Assembly: GCA_029259335.1 (NCBI GenBank)
Contig: JAPDIY010000003.1
Span: forward strand, 725 to 64,724
Length of the DNA: 64,000 nucleotides
Source: Archaeoglobi archaeon
GTDB taxonomy: Archaea > Halobacteriota > Archaeoglobi > Archaeoglobales > Archaeoglobaceae
Direction: 5' to 3'
Of the stretch, positions 49,638 to 61,262 are shown in pieces (position 1 is the first letter of the stretch; each line of letters opens with the position of its first letter). The position numbers and the translations under genes were made by a program. The notes below the pieces were generated by a model. It ran no database searches and had not been told where the DNA came from. It saw only the letters and a list, made by a program, of their open reading frames with translations.

Positions 49638-50581
49638 ACGATCTCATTCAGAGCAAGCAGGACGTCCCTAGCTTTCCTTATATCCTCAAGCTTAACTCTC
49701 TCTCTTTCTGTATGACAGCAGTGCAACTCTCCCGGTCCCCAGACGACGGTGTCAAATCTGTCCCTGAGGTTGAGGGCATCCGTCCACGACGGCATCTCGG
49801 TATGCTCTGCATCCAGACCTGCCATTTTCAATGCTTTTTCGAGCAACACTGCGATTCTACCGCTCTCAAAGCCCTCGTAAGCATCCGACACCTCAAACCC
49901 GCCGTAATCCTTTAGAAATTCAAGCTCCTTAAGACAGTCCTCAAGTTTGGTTCCCGGCTTAATGAGAATATCAAACTTAACAACGCATCGAGATGGTATT
50001 ACATATTCCTCACCACCACCCTCTATCTTCAGCGGTGTAGCCTTAAACTTCTTCTTCATCTCTGCTATTACTTCACAGGATCTTTCTATAGCATTCAATC
50101 CCATTTCGGGCGTTGAACCATGGCAGGCCTTTCCCGAAACCTCTACAGTTAAATCAAAGCTGCCATAGTGTTTTGAAGCTATTTTGAGGTTCGTTGGCTC
50201 CATCACAATCGCCATTCCACCCCACTCCCACGAACTCGTAAACTCCTTCGACCCCTTACCCTCCTCCTCCTCGTCGCAGAAGAATGCCAGAGTATAATCC
50301 AGACCTCTTTCAGCGGCTTCAAGCATGGCAGCTATACTCGCCTTCGCATCACATACACCGGTGCCATAAACATAGACACCATCCGTGCTGAAGGGAGCCT
50401 TGACAGGCACAGTATCGAGATGTGTTGCCACAATTAGCTCCGATCTGGATTGAGTTGCAACGTAATGGTTACCTTCAACAATTTTGTATCCAAGATTCTC
50501 AAGATAGGATTTTACAAACTCCCTGATTTTTTCTTCCTTCCCGCTGGGCGAATCGATTTCAGCGAGTCTTTTAATCAGCAT
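49634..50581 (-). CDS. M20 metallopeptidase/deacylase
   Basis: THLDTV, GTGVCDAK, DEEE, MEPT; start trimmed to ATG 50581. Confidence 0.88.
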   Translation of the reverse strand: MLIKRLAEIDSPSGKEEKIREFVKSYLENLGYKIVEGNHYVATQSRSELIVATHLDTVPVKAPFSTDGVYVYGTGVCDAKASIAAMLEAAERGLDYTLAFFCDEEEEGKGSKEFTSSWEWGGMAIVMEPTNLKIASKHYGSFDLTVEVSGKACHGSTPEMGLNAIERSCEVIAEMKKKFKATPLKIEGGGEEYVIPSRCVVKFDILIKPGTKLEDCLKELEFLKDYGGFEVSDAYEGFESGRIAVLLEKALKMAGLDAEHTEMPSWTDALNLRDRFDTVVWGPGELHCCHTERERVKLEDIRKARDVLLALNEIV

Positions 50582-50620
50582 AATCGTAGGTCTTAAAAGT
50601 CGAATATAAAAAGCTGTTTC

Positions 50621-51079
50621 GTGCTGATAAGGAGGGTTGGGAAAGAAGACGTTGAAAGCTTTGTCGATGTTTATACAAACTCCTACAGGGGTCTTGAGGA
50701 GTACGCCTATACGAGAAAAAGGGACATCAAAAACTACTTCAAATGGCTGATGTCTCGCGACAGAGATGGATTCATGATTGCTGAAGTTGATGGAAAAGCT
50801 GTGGGGTTTGTTGCATGCGACACGAACTGGATAAGCGTATTCGAGAGGAGGAGGGTAGGGGAGATACACGAACTCTTTGTTCTACCAGAGTTGCAGGGAA
50901 AGGGAATTGGATCTGCATTGCTCAAAAAGGCAATTGAGTACTCCAAGGAAAGAGGAAGAAATAAGGCAGAACTTTGGGCCGGAAGGACAAACTACAAAGC
51001 GAGAAAGTTCTACCAATCCCACGGTTTCAGAGAGGCAGGGGAGTGGGGGAAATGGATAAGGATGGTCAGGTCTTTATGA
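50621..51079 (+). CDS. GNAT N-acetyltransferase
   Basis: VLPELQGKGIGSALL, ARKFYQSHGF. Confidence 0.9.
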   Translation: MLIRRVGKEDVESFVDVYTNSYRGLEEYAYTRKRDIKNYFKWLMSRDRDGFMIAEVDGKAVGFVACDTNWISVFERRRVGEIHELFVLPELQGKGIGSALLKKAIEYSKERGRNKAELWAGRTNYKARKFYQSHGFREAGEWGKWIRMVRSL

Positions 51080-51905
51080 AGATGCTCTCCGGGACGATAA
51101 ATTTCTCCACAGGCTTTTCCACAACCCTCCTTATTCGAACTTCTCCGTAGTTTTTCCACACATTTGCAACTGATTTCATCTCGCTTTTGCTCCCGAAAGC
51201 AACGAAGGATGGCCCGTTTCCTGAAAGACCGCAGCAGACGCCAATTTCCCAGCCAGCTCTGGCAATTTCCAGTGGATATCCAATCATCTCGCAGTAGTAC
51301 TCGGTGTTTTTCCTCATCGCACTGCAGTAGTCTCCATTCATCGCATCTTTCACTGCAGGCAGAATTCTGGCAGAGTTTGACCTTATTTCCCTCCAGTTCA
51401 CCTTACCGCGTTTAAAATGGGGTATGAGCACCGCTGCATGCGAGCTTATCCTGTCCCATCGGTAAAGCCTCATCTTGGTGTTATCCGAGACGACGAAGCC
51501 TCCAATAAGGGATGCTGAAGCATCGTCGAAAGCGCCCGTGTAGCTTATCCCTGCCTCCAGCGATATCCTTGCGTTTGTCTTCAAAATTTCATGTGCGTTG
51601 AGGACTTCCCCCTTCAGCTTTTTAACCGCTACAAGCAGAGCATTTACAAACGCACTGCTGCTCCCCAACCCGCTCCCACCCGGAATCTCACTCTCAACAG
51701 TAACTTCACCGCTGATTTTCTCCGCCCTTAAAATCCTCTCGGCAACCATGCTCCTCCTTTCAACGCCGTTGATGACAACCCTCACTTCACTACCTTCATC
51801 CGGCTTTATCTCGACAACAGTCCTCAGATCTATGCCGAACGCTGAGCCGATGCCAGTTGCAAGAGCGTTCAGAACCGTTCCTGCTGCGTAAGCAACACCC
51901 TTCAT
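51066..51905 (-). CDS. aroK: Archaeal shikimate kinase (GHMP)
   Basis: NALATGIGSAFG, GLGSSSA, TGAFDDA, SGNGPS. Confidence 0.92.
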   Translation of the reverse strand: MKGVAYAAGTVLNALATGIGSAFGIDLRTVVEIKPDEGSEVRVVINGVERRSMVAERILRAEKISGEVTVESEIPGGSGLGSSSAFVNALLVAVKKLKGEVLNAHEILKTNARISLEAGISYTGAFDDASASLIGGFVVSDNTKMRLYRWDRISSHAAVLIPHFKRGKVNWREIRSNSARILPAVKDAMNGDYCSAMRKNTEYYCEMIGYPLEIARAGWEIGVCCGLSGNGPSFVAFGSKSEMKSVANVWKNYGEVRIRRVVEKPVEKFIVPESIFIKT

Positions 51906-52360
51906 TTAGCCACATCCCCAAAGGCGGAAAACAGCGCTATTCTCTCCTTTACAAGCAACGGCAGTTTCTCCACACCGGTAATCTCTATTTCGTCATCCGT
52001 TATTCCGTAAAACTCAATCACAGAATCAACATCGTACTCAGGTCTGAATTCGGTCTCAGTAAACCCGATCTCAGCCATCCTGCTCTCGTCGAGTATAACC
52101 GCAGCAACCCTGTTCTTCCCCTCAGCAATACCGAGCTTCAGAGCATCTTTGATCTGCCTTGTTGCCGCGTAATATAGCAGAATTTCTATAGAAAGTGATC
52201 TGGATATCCTTCTACCTCTATTCCAGTTCTCAACAGCTTTTTTTGCAGCATATTCAACCACATCGAGCGATACAACATACTTGCTGTTGATGAAAGTTGC
52301 ATAGTCCACTTTGAAGCTAGAAACATCATCCACGACAAGCTCTCCGAAGGTGACTCTCAT
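51902..52360 (-). CDS. cgi121: KEOPS subunit Cgi121
   Basis: EILLYYAATRQIKDALKLG, VKERIAL. Confidence 0.9.
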   Translation of the reverse strand: MRVTFGELVVDDVSSFKVDYATFINSKYVVSLDVVEYAAKKAVENWNRGRRISRSLSIEILLYYAATRQIKDALKLGIAEGKNRVAAVILDESRMAEIGFTETEFRPEYDVDSVIEFYGITDDEIEITGVEKLPLLVKERIALFSAFGDVAK

Positions 52361-53064
52361 AATACTCTCATGACGGACTCCATTTTTATACCCTTATCCG
52401 TCAGTTCATATCTTAAAATTGCTTTCGGAACGAGAATTCCCTTGAACTTGATAACCTTCAGTCTCCTCTGAACCTCGTTCTCGACTTCTCTGAGTGTCAG
52501 CTCTATCACCCCATCGGAGTAGTGCTTTATTGCGGTCTCCGTTCTTGAATCAAACATTCCTTTGGTCATCAGCATCATGAAAACAGACTCGTTCTTCTTG
52601 GCGTACTTGGAGAAAACCTCGATCAGTGAAACCACATCCTCAATCGGATAGTTGGCTATGAAATACGTCATGTTGTTGACCACAACCCTGTCGAAATCCT
52701 CGTGATACAGAATGGTTTTCAGACCACCGATTGGATCATACATAGTCTTTTTGAGGAAATCTTTGGCATCCTTCTCTCCTTCCTTTTTGAGGGATGATGA
52801 CAGGCTGAGAAGTGTTATGTTTTCCCACACAGCATCATCAAGGTTGAAGTAGAGATTAACGTAGTCTTTCACTTCCTCTTCTGTATCATCTGTAGCCAAG
52901 TAGAAAACGTTTTCCCCATTCAAAGCCCCTTCTACGGCAAAATGATACGATAAAACGTCTCCTCCAGCCCCCGGTTCTTCGAGTACCAGCACAACACTTC
53001 CGGCAGGTATCCCTCCACCAAGCTGAGTGTCAAGGGGCAGAATGCCAGTCTTCATAAGTTTCAT
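52357..53064 (-). CDS. KaiC/RAD55-like protein with degenerate Walker A
   Basis: TGILPLDTQLGGGIP, EEPGAGGDV, SDGVI, KFKG. Confidence 0.85.
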   Translation of the reverse strand: MKLMKTGILPLDTQLGGGIPAGSVVLVLEEPGAGGDVLSYHFAVEGALNGENVFYLATDDTEEEVKDYVNLYFNLDDAVWENITLLSLSSSLKKEGEKDAKDFLKKTMYDPIGGLKTILYHEDFDRVVVNNMTYFIANYPIEDVVSLIEVFSKYAKKNESVFMMLMTKGMFDSRTETAIKHYSDGVIELTLREVENEVQRRLKVIKFKGILVPKAILRYELTDKGIKMESVMRVL

Positions 53065-53101
53065 TGTTCCAAATTGAGACCTTTTTATTTATAACTCTAA
53101 C

Positions 53102-55198
53102 TCACACCTTTGTAACCAACCTGTAATGTCCGTATCTTGGAGTGTAAACCTCACCATGTTGTTTTAGTTTTGAAAGTATCTCTTTCGCTCGGCTTCTTTC
53201 TATCCCTTCCCTCTCCGCCTCAGCCAGAATTTCCTCTTCCGGCACTCCCTTTTCGTAGCTCGGCTCAAGGTTCTCGATTATCTTCTTTATCACCATGATT
53301 CTGTCTCTCTGCCTCTTGGATGTTCCGCTGTACGCGAGATCTATGTCTATCTCTCCCGTTTCCGGATCAACCGCGATCTGCATCAGGCTCTTCTCCATTA
53401 TTCTGATGACCCTATCAACGTCCTCGACCTCCACCCTGTCGCTGAGCCTCACTCTCGCCGACGCCTCTGCAAGCCTGACTATGCTCTCAAGCTGCCTTGC
53501 AGTAATCGGGACAGGCGAGTTTTCCTTAACTCTCGATCTGAGTGAAAGATAGAAGTCCTCAATCCTCTTCTTAGCCTCATCGGTCAGAATGGGGTACACT
53601 GTTTTTCTCGCATAGGCGATGTACTTTCTGAGAAGTTCAGGGTTTACTTCGGGTTCGATCCTTACTGCTTTAGCCCTGATAACATCCTCGCTGTACTCTG
53701 CCGAGACGTTCTTTGCCCTCTCAACCATCTCTCCAAGCTGATGAGACTGCAGTATGTGGTCAACAAGCTTCCTGTCCCTCTCCTCATCAGGCTCATCGGT
53801 AAGCACAAATATCAGGTCGAATCTTGACAGCAAAGTTGGAGACATCTCAATCTGCTCGGCTATTGGAGTGTACTTTTCAAATCGCCCGTATTTGGGGTTT
53901 GCAGCACCGAGAAGGGCGCATCTTGCTCTCAGAATAGCATTTATTCCCGCCTTCGCTATGCTGATCGTCTGCTGCTCAAGGGCCTCATGCAAGGCCGATC
54001 TGTCCTCCTTTCTCATCTTGTCGATTTCGTCAACCAATGCCACACCCTTGTCAGCGAGAACTAAAGCCCCCGCTTCGAGAGTCCATCTACCATCAACTTC
54101 ATCTCTCACAGCAGTAGCAGTAAGTCCGGCAGTTGTCGTGCCCTTTCCTGTGGTGTAAACACTTCTTGGAGCTATTCTGTGAACGTATCTCAGCAACTGG
54201 GACTTCGCAACTCCCGGATCACCAACCAGAAGTATATGAATGTCTCCTCTGATCTCAGTTCCATCAGGAAGCTTTTTCGGCACCCCTCCGAACAGCTGAA
54301 GGGCGATTGCGAGCTTCACATCCTCATGACCGTAAATCGAGGGGGCTATTGATCTCACAATCTTGCCGTAGATGTCTTCACTCATCGCAAGCTGCATTAT
54401 CATCTCTCTGTCCTTCTCGGTAATCTCGAACTCCTCATATTCCTGATGTAGTACCTCTATGGAGTTCCCCTCAAGATACAGATCCATATGCGTGAGCTTC
54501 CTCTGCCCCAAACCCCTCGGCTTCGCCCTCACGATTCCGTTGATCACAACTCTGTCACCGGGATTTACACTGCCTGCAAGATCTCCTTCCAGCACAACAT
54601 CAATCGTTTGCGGCTGCTCTCCGCCTCTCAGATTCTCCGGATACTCCTGAACCTTCAGCCTCTGGCTGTCCACTGAAACACTGCTGTCGGGGAGGAAGAT
54701 AAGACGCTTTGTGTGACATTTGCTGCACTCGAAGGGCTGTCTCAACTGCGAGTCCTCCTGCTGAACCATGTTGATGCTGCCACAATTAAGACACGCAAAT
54801 GCAGCCTCAACGATTCTCGGCCTGACTTCTGTAACCTTCCTCACAATTCCCTCGACAGCAACAAACTTTCCAATATGCTGAGCCCTCAGATCCCTGATCA
54901 GAACCTTCCTTGCTGTAGGAAGGGAGTAAAATCTTGGCTTGCAACCCTCAAGCGAGACACCATAGATATTGGTTACATTCGCCAGCCCCTTTTCGGCATG
55001 CTGCAAAACCTCATCGGGATTCTCAATCAACTCTTCTCCAAGCTTGCCCTCCTGAAATATCGTCAGATCCTTCACAAAATTAACATAAATTGACCTGCCA
55101 TCACCACCCGATTTTATTTTGTAAGCCAGCTTGTTAATCTCCTCCCTGTAATATCTTTCGAAAAATTCCGTCCACAGTGCAGGACTGCTTATACCCAT
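53102..55198 (-). CDS. mcm: Replicative helicase MCM
   Basis: [28 protein letters not shown]; Zn finger. Confidence 0.97.
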   Translation of the reverse strand: MGISSPALWTEFFERYYREEINKLAYKIKSGGDGRSIYVNFVKDLTIFQEGKLGEELIENPDEVLQHAEKGLANVTNIYGVSLEGCKPRFYSLPTARKVLIRDLRAQHIGKFVAVEGIVRKVTEVRPRIVEAAFACLNCGSINMVQQEDSQLRQPFECSKCHTKRLIFLPDSSVSVDSQRLKVQEYPENLRGGEQPQTIDVVLEGDLAGSVNPGDRVVINGIVRAKPRGLGQRKLTHMDLYLEGNSIEVLHQEYEEFEITEKDREMIMQLAMSEDIYGKIVRSIAPSIYGHEDVKLAIALQLFGGVPKKLPDGTEIRGDIHILLVGDPGVAKSQLLRYVHRIAPRSVYTTGKGTTTAGLTATAVRDEVDGRWTLEAGALVLADKGVALVDEIDKMRKEDRSALHEALEQQTISIAKAGINAILRARCALLGAANPKYGRFEKYTPIAEQIEMSPTLLSRFDLIFVLTDEPDEERDRKLVDHILQSHQLGEMVERAKNVSAEYSEDVIRAKAVRIEPEVNPELLRKYIAYARKTVYPILTDEAKKRIEDFYLSLRSRVKENSPVPITARQLESIVRLAEASARVRLSDRVEVEDVDRVIRIMEKSLMQIAVDPETGEIDIDLAYSGTSKRQRDRIMVIKKIIENLEPSYEKGVPEEEILAEAEREGIERSRAKEILSKLKQHGEVYTPRYGHYRLVTKV

Positions 55199-55248
55199 CA
55201 AAAATGATTTCTGCAAAAATCCTTAAAACTTGCGCTTGAACGATTCAC

Positions 55249-56163
55249 ATGTTACCTGTGAATCTTGTAAAAAATTTCCTTAAAGATTTGAAAAGAGAAG
55301 TTACTCTCACGGTTTTCGAAAGTGTGGAGATGTATGAATTTGCGAAAAAGCTGACAGAGATTAGCAATTCAGTTAAATGCGAATTTTTAGATTATCCAGA
55401 GCCGAAATTAAAGCTGTCAGCAATAAAACTGGACAAATCAAAAATTTTCTTTCATGCCATCCCCCAGCATTCCGAACTTCAGTCATTCCTCTTTGCCTTA
55501 AAGTTTGTTTCGGAGAAAGAAGTGAGAGAGAGCGCTGAGATAAACATCATAACGTTTATATCGCAGTTCTGCCCGAATTGCAGGGCTACAGTTGATGCAA
55601 TTAACAGGCTGACCGCAAAATACAGCATTGAGCACCACATAGTTGATACCGGGCTGTTTCCAGACTTTACCGAAAAGTATGAGGTTATGAGTGTTCCAAC
55701 GACTATTCTGAGCGATATGAGATTTACTGGAGCCATGAATGAGCAGGAAATTGAGAAATGGATTAAAGCAGCCATTAATGGAGATTACTATGAGTATCTT
55801 GCTGAGAAACTGATGAATGGAGAAATTGATCAGGTGAAGAGACTCGCAGAGAAGAGGAACATCGGAAGGGAGCTTGGAAGATTGATGAGCCACCGGGAGT
55901 TCATGGTAAGGCTTGGAGCTATGGCAGCTCTCGAAGCTCTGCACGAAGAGAAGCCGGAAATCACTGGAGAGGCAAGAGAGATCATAATCGAATTGCTGAA
56001 CCACGAGGATGAGAGGATCAGGGAGGATGCGGCAATGATGCTCGGCATAATTGGGAGTGAGGAGGACATAAAAAATTTAAAAGAGCTGATCAGAGAGGGT
56101 GGAAGAATAGGAGACTCGGCTGAGGAGGCCATCGAGAATATAAGGAGGAGAGAAAATGGCTGA
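55249..56163 (+). CDS. Thioredoxin-fold plus HEAT-repeat protein
   Basis: CPNC, VMSVPT, HEAT-like C-terminus. Confidence 0.8.
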   Translation: MLPVNLVKNFLKDLKREVTLTVFESVEMYEFAKKLTEISNSVKCEFLDYPEPKLKLSAIKLDKSKIFFHAIPQHSELQSFLFALKFVSEKEVRESAEINIITFISQFCPNCRATVDAINRLTAKYSIEHHIVDTGLFPDFTEKYEVMSVPTTILSDMRFTGAMNEQEIEKWIKAAINGDYYEYLAEKLMNGEIDQVKRLAEKRNIGRELGRLMSHREFMVRLGAMAALEALHEEKPEITGEAREIIIELLNHEDERIREDAAMMLGIIGSEEDIKNLKELIREGGRIGDSAEEAIENIRRRENG

Positions 56164-56716
56164 AGTTGTTATTGACTCGATAAAGGCCACCTACAACGTG
56201 AGAGGGGAGAGAGTTGCGATGCTCTGCCCTCCACACCCCCTTATGGGAGGAAGCAGATTTGACATCAGGCTTGAAAAGATTGCTTCGGAATTGCTCAGAA
56301 AAAACGTATCTGTCCTGAGGTTCGACTACCAACAGCCCTTTAGAAGCGGCATTGGAGAGGTGGAGGATGCAAAGAAGAGTCTCGGCTATCTGAAGGAGAG
56401 GCACGATTTCATTGCAATCGTTGGATACTCATTCGGAAGCGTTGTCGCATCAAATGTCTCAGATTACTGCAACGCTGCTGTTTACATCTCTCCGCTCCCC
56501 TCCATAAACTCAATCAGCTTTAGAGACTCTACTATCCCAAAGCTTTTCATAGTTGCAACCAAGGACCAGTTCGTGTCCCTTGACGAAAGCTTAAGACTGT
56601 ATGAGGAAGCATCGCATCCAAAAGCGCTTGTGAGAATTGACACAGATCACTTTTACTTCGGAAAATTTGACGTACTTGCAAAAACAGTTGCAGAGTTCAT
56701 TCTACAAAACTCCTGA
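56156..56716 (+). CDS. Alpha/beta hydrolase
   Basis: PHPLMGG, GYSFG, DHFY. Confidence 0.88.
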   Translation: MAEVVIDSIKATYNVRGERVAMLCPPHPLMGGSRFDIRLEKIASELLRKNVSVLRFDYQQPFRSGIGEVEDAKKSLGYLKERHDFIAIVGYSFGSVVASNVSDYCNAAVYISPLPSINSISFRDSTIPKLFIVATKDQFVSLDESLRLYEEASHPKALVRIDTDHFYFGKFDVLAKTVAEFILQNS

Positions 56717-57092
56717 ACCTCCCCTCATTTATCTGCTCCTCAATTTTTCTTATAAACCTGTCATGTGTTCTTAGGACGGGTATTATGGTCATATCCCCCC
56801 TTAAATCCCTAATTTTGTTAACATACTCCGCAATATCGTCATTTCCGTAATAAACGATCCAGCTTCTGTACTCCCCAACCGTCACAAAGGATGAATAACC
56901 GATAAGCTCAACAACAACCAACTTTCCGTCGATTATACCGTGCACAGTGTCGTATTCGACAAAATAGACTCTTCCGTTTGAGTAGTACAGCCTTTCTGCC
57001 TCCATCGCTACAGCCTGCCTTGTAAATTCTGATAGAGAGAATTCCTCAGGCTCATCCAGGATTACCGGTCCAACGTAAAGGACTCTGTCCAT
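56697..57092 (-). CDS. Hypothetical protein
   Basis: 131 aa ORF filling the gap between genes. Confidence 0.65.
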   Translation of the reverse strand: MDRVLYVGPVILDEPEEFSLSEFTRQAVAMEAERLYYSNGRVYFVEYDTVHGIIDGKLVVVELIGYSSFVTVGEYRSWIVYYGNDDIAEYVNKIRDLRGDMTIIPVLRTHDRFIRKIEEQINEGRFRSFVE

Positions 57093-57123
57093 GCATCTTA
57101 GCGGTTAAGGCTGTTAAAAACCT

Positions 57124-57741
57124 TCACGGTACCCTGCCACTGATTATGACCACAAGCTTGCTCCAGAACCTGTAGGGTCCGGTCTCAACATACCGTATGT
57201 CCTCAAGACCAGCGTTCATGAACCACGAAACGCACTGCTGAGTTGACGGGAATAGCATGACGCTTTCTGCAAACTTTCTGACGAGAAAGTTGTCAGGTTT
57301 TCTTGGAGCAAGGATCACAACCCTTCCACCGCTCTTCGTAACCCTCGCCATCTCCTCTATACCTTTTTGAGGGTGAGGCCAGTACTCAATACTTCCGGCA
57401 GATATCGCTGCATCGAAAACCGAATCCCTAAAGGGAAGGTTTTCCGCATCACCGAGCAGAAAGTTTGAGTTTTCGAATCTCGTAACAGCCTTCACCATCT
57501 GTTCAGGAGTTAAATCAACGGCAACAACGTTCTCTTCCCCGACCCTTCTTACGATCTCCGCTGTGGTGAATCCAGTTCCGCAACCAACTTCAAGGATAAA
57601 ATCATCCCTGCCAACTTCAGCCATATCAACGACTTTCTCTCTCATCTTGCTGGAGTAAAATATGGGGTTGATGTAGTCATAAACTTTTGAAAAGTATTTG
57701 TAAAAAATCCGGGCTCGCTTTTTGTCCTCTAAAATTCCCAT
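57124..57741 (-). CDS. Class I SAM-dependent methyltransferase (UbiE-like)
   Basis: LEVGCGTG, GDAENLPF, SAGSIEYWP. Confidence 0.9.
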   Translation of the reverse strand: MGILEDKKRARIFYKYFSKVYDYINPIFYSSKMREKVVDMAEVGRDDFILEVGCGTGFTTAEIVRRVGEENVVAVDLTPEQMVKAVTRFENSNFLLGDAENLPFRDSVFDAAISAGSIEYWPHPQKGIEEMARVTKSGGRVVILAPRKPDNFLVRKFAESVMLFPSTQQCVSWFMNAGLEDIRYVETGPYRFWSKLVVIISGRVP

Positions 57742-57742
57742 T

Positions 57743-58132
57743 TTACTCTTCTTTCTGCTTGAATATTTCCTCAAGCGGAATCTTTCCGTGCTTCACAACT
57801 ATAGTGTTCACCTGCAGTATGTCTTTGGATATCGTTTTACCTCTGACGCCTTTTCTCCTCCTTAGCCCCTTCTCCTTTGGTCTGAAGCCGACACCACCGG
57901 AAAGCAGAAGTCTCCTTCTACCAGCACCGGGCAAGTCTGGTCTCATCGGAAATCCATCCCTGTCCGTACCACCGGTTATCTTCAGCTCATAGTCTGGAGG
58001 CAACTCAACAACGGTGCCGCTGATAACATCTCCTATCTGCTTGCCCACAAGCCTGTTTGCATTAGCTCCCTCAATGACCTTCTGGTAAGCTCTTCCCGTC
58101 TTTGGATCCGAAATTACAACCCTGAACTCCAT
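57743..58132 (-). CDS. rps6e: 30S ribosomal protein S6e
   Basis: ISDPKTG, ITGGTDRDGFPMR, GLRRRKGVRG. Confidence 0.96.
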   Translation of the reverse strand: MEFRVVISDPKTGRAYQKVIEGANANRLVGKQIGDVISGTVVELPPDYELKITGGTDRDGFPMRPDLPGAGRRRLLLSGGVGFRPKEKGLRRRKGVRGKTISKDILQVNTIVVKHGKIPLEEIFKQKEE

Positions 58133-58184
58133 GCAGAAGTTGATTTGGTTGAGGATTTATAAAACTATTGATGCTGGGGGCTTA

Positions 58185-58605
58185 TATCAGCATAACATTC
58201 CCATAAGCTTCAGCCAAGTACCCATTTCGAGAGAACATTTCGAAGGGTACAGTGAAGGTGAAGACATCGTCGCCAAGCTGTCTTCTCACATTCAGCCTTG
58301 CGTATATATCTGTCAGCCCAACAACGGCTCTCGGATTCTCAGATTTCGCTTCTCTGTAGGCAAATATTCCTATCTAGCAGCATCCAGCCCGGAAAGTTCT
58401 CAAACTGGTTTCCGAAGCCCAGACCAACACCCTCTCCAAAGCAGCCGAAGGTCTTTCTGTCGGAAACGGCCATTGCAAACATCCACATCACGCAGCCCCA
58501 CTGTACTTCCCTAAATTGAATTACATTGTCTGGTTTTTCATCACTCTAAAGAATTACAACCGGTTCGTGTTTCAGTTTCAGAGCCTTAGCGATTGTATTC
58601 CCCAT
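58185..58605 (-). pseudogene. DUF169-family pseudogene
   Basis: MGNTIAKALKLKHEPVVIL*SDEKP...WGCVMWMF...FGCFGEGVGLGFGNQF then ...NPRAVVGLTDIYAR; stop, frameshifts and internal deletion. Confidence 0.7.
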
Positions 58606-58676
58606 TTTACCCCTCCAATACCAACTGACCTGATACTATATACATTCCGAACCCAACAAGCTGGCAGCTTAAGTTT

Positions 58677-59549
58677 TTACATCTGAGAATTGGCGGATAC
58701 TGTCAGATATACCCCAAGTATTGTTATCGCTCCTCCCACAGCAGTGAAAATGTCCGGAACTTCGCTCAAGGCGTAGTACGCAAATATGGCCGTGAAAAGT
58801 GGCACAAGGTAAACGTAAACAGCCACGCTGGTCGAATCAGAATTTGAGAGTGCGTAGTACCAGACGATGTACGCAAAGACCGAGCAGAGAACTGACAGGT
58901 AGAGTAATGCCGCTATTGTTTCGACACTCACTGCAAGGGGATTTGCAAGCCCATTCCACAGAGCGAAAGGAATCAGGAATACTGTTCCTAACGCAAATGC
59001 GTATGCTGTGAGTGTTTCATGGTCGTACTTCAAAAGCATCTTGGCACCGAGGACAGTGTAAACGGCCCAGAGGAAACCGTCTATTATCATCAGAACATCC
59101 CCGAAAAAGGTTTTTGAGGAGAAAAAGTCCAGTGTACCCTTTGAAACTATAAGAATCACACCTGCAAATGAGAGAAAAACTCCTAAAATCTTTCTGGCAT
59201 TCGCTTCTCCCCTCAAAAAGCCCCAGATTGCTACAAATACAGCGGAGGTGTTGATGAGAATTGCAGCATTGGTAGCGGTGGTGTATTCAAGGGCTAAAAA
59301 CTGGAAGGCATAAAGCAAAGACACTCCAGAGAGAGCGAGAATCGAAATGTAAAGCAGGTCATTAAGCCTGACTGCTGTAAAGCCCCTTTTCAGGAAAAGC
59401 CACACAAAAATCAGGGGTGAAGCAATCAGAAACCTGTAAAATGCGAGATTGTAAGGATCAAGTTCCCTAAGTCCTACCTTAATGAAGATAAAGGAGCCTG
59501 CCCAAATGAACATCGTAAGGGCAAGAAGAAAATGGGTTTTAGAATTCAT
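58677..59549 (-). CDS. EamA/DMT transporter
   Basis: IWAGSF, ~10 TM, duplicated EamA pattern. Confidence 0.9.
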   Translation of the reverse strand: MNSKTHFLLALTMFIWAGSFIFIKVGLRELDPYNLAFYRFLIASPLIFVWLFLKRGFTAVRLNDLLYISILALSGVSLLYAFQFLALEYTTATNAAILINTSAVFVAIWGFLRGEANARKILGVFLSFAGVILIVSKGTLDFFSSKTFFGDVLMIIDGFLWAVYTVLGAKMLLKYDHETLTAYAFALGTVFLIPFALWNGLANPLAVSVETIAALLYLSVLCSVFAYIVWYYALSNSDSTSVAVYVYLVPLFTAIFAYYALSEVPDIFTAVGGAITILGVYLTVSANSQM

Positions 59550-60132
59550 TCAGCTTCAAAAAGTACTCGTGAATTCTCGTGTCATTCGTAAGTTCGGGAT
59601 GGAAAGCTAGGCCGAGAACGTTATTCTGCTTCGCCGCAACCACGTAATCCTGAAGGGTCGCCAGAACCTCAACATTTTCACCAACCTTCTTTATTGCTGG
59701 AGCCCTAATGAACACGGCATCAAAGCTGCCCACGTGTTTAACATCAAGCTTCACCTGAAAGCTCTCCCTCTGCCTTCCGAATGCGTTTCTCTTCACCCAT
59801 ATGTCTATAAGACCGAGAAGCTTCGTTCCTGTCTTCTCAACCTGCTCATCACCGTACTTTGAGAGCAGAATCAGCCCAGCACACGTCCCCATCACAGGTT
59901 TTCCACTCTCAGCCAGCTCGATAATTTCATCTGCTATGCCGTCCAAAAAAATGAGCTTGCTGATTGTTGTGCTCTCTCCTCCCGGAATGATTACAGCATC
60001 GCTCTTCGAAACGATCCCGGCCCTTCTTGTAGCAACTACTTCCCCACCAATACCGAGCTTTTTTAGGGCCTTTTTTGTCATCAAAACGTGCTCCTCAACA
60101 TCTCCCTGAACTCCCACTACCGCTACTCTCAT
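59539..60132 (-). CDS. pdxT: PLP synthase glutaminase subunit
   Basis: PGGEST, GTCAG, RNAFGRQ, FHPE. Confidence 0.96.
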   Translation of the reverse strand: MRVAVVGVQGDVEEHVLMTKKALKKLGIGGEVVATRRAGIVSKSDAVIIPGGESTTISKLIFLDGIADEIIELAESGKPVMGTCAGLILLSKYGDEQVEKTGTKLLGLIDIWVKRNAFGRQRESFQVKLDVKHVGSFDAVFIRAPAIKKVGENVEVLATLQDYVVAAKQNNVLGLAFHPELTNDTRIHEYFLKLNEF

Positions 60133-61139
60133 ACACCTCTCGTCTGTAGTCTCTCTTCCTCGCTGAGTTTGAACACATCCAGTCCCTTCATTGCTTCTCC
60201 AAGCCCCTTTGAAACTTCTGCAATAACCTCTGGCTCATCGTAGTGCTGCACAGCCTCAACAATTGCCTTAGCATACTCAGGCGGGTTGGAAGACTTGAAG
60301 ATGCCGGAACCTACAAACACACCGTCAGCACCAAGCTGCATCATCAGAGCGGCATCTGCTGGTGTCGCAACTCCACCAGCGGCAAAATTAACCACGGGCA
60401 GTCTCCCCATTTCTCTGATTTCCAAAAGCACCTCATAAATCCCGTCAACGATTTCACCAAGCGTGTACTCTTCAAAAACCACATCGTTCCTACCAGCTTT
60501 GCCGAGCCCCATATCCTCCTTAACAATTCCCGTAAGTTCAGCGTATCTCGACGCGTATTTCTCAGCAACGTCGTATATCCTTTCCTCCGGCAATCTCTGA
60601 AGCTCATCAATGGCCCCGTTTATCAGTCTCATGTGCTTCACAGCCTCAACAACGTTGCCAGTTCCGGCCTCTCCCTTCGTCCTGATCATCGCTGCTCCTT
60701 CCCATATCCTCCTGACAGCCTCTCCGAGACTTCTTGCTCCGCATACGAATGGGACAACAAACTTTCTCTTGTCGATGTGGAAAAAAACATCTGCGGGAGT
60801 TAGCACTTCACTCTCATCAATCATATCAACGCCAAGAGCCTCAAGGGCCTTTGCCTCAGCAATATGACCAATTCTGCACTTTGCCATTACGGGGATCGTG
60901 ACAGCATCAATAATCTCCTGAATCTTTTTCGGGTCAGCCATCCTTGCCACTCCACCCGCAGCCCTAATGTCTGCTGGCACCTTATGCAAAGCCATGACTG
61001 CCACAGCTCCAGCTTCTTCAGCGATAATCGCCTGTTCAGCGTTGGTTACATCCATTATGACTCCACCTTTCTGCATCTTGGCAAATCCTCTTTTTATGAG
61101 CTCCGTGCCAAATTTAAGCTCCTCAAGATTTATCTTCAT
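60129..61139 (-). CDS. pdxS: PLP synthase lyase subunit
   Basis: [37 protein letters not shown]. Confidence 0.96.
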   Translation of the reverse strand: MKINLEELKFGTELIKRGFAKMQKGGVIMDVTNAEQAIIAEEAGAVAVMALHKVPADIRAAGGVARMADPKKIQEIIDAVTIPVMAKCRIGHIAEAKALEALGVDMIDESEVLTPADVFFHIDKRKFVVPFVCGARSLGEAVRRIWEGAAMIRTKGEAGTGNVVEAVKHMRLINGAIDELQRLPEERIYDVAEKYASRYAELTGIVKEDMGLGKAGRNDVVFEEYTLGEIVDGIYEVLLEIREMGRLPVVNFAAGGVATPADAALMMQLGADGVFVGSGIFKSSNPPEYAKAIVEAVQHYDEPEVIAEVSKGLGEAMKGLDVFKLSEEERLQTRGV

Positions 61140-61262
61140 CGTTTTAGCTTCGCAATGGCTGAATATAAAGTTTGGGTTGGGAAACATAAGCCGTTAGAGA
61201 GGATATTATAAACAATAAATCATTTTCACAAAAAGTTTTTAGTTTGGAAGCCAATTCTCATC

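Noticed and set aside
53102-55198. Possible intein in MCM (also checked GyrB)
   Set aside because: Normal lengths and contiguous motifs
58131-58519. Plus-strand ORFs of 127 and 73 aa
   Set aside because: Antisense shadows of the DUF169 pseudogene
58546-58548. In-frame TAG in the DUF169-like gene as possible pyrrolysine/readthrough
   Set aside because: The gene also has frameshifts and a large deletion; a simple TGG-to-TAG nonsense change explains it
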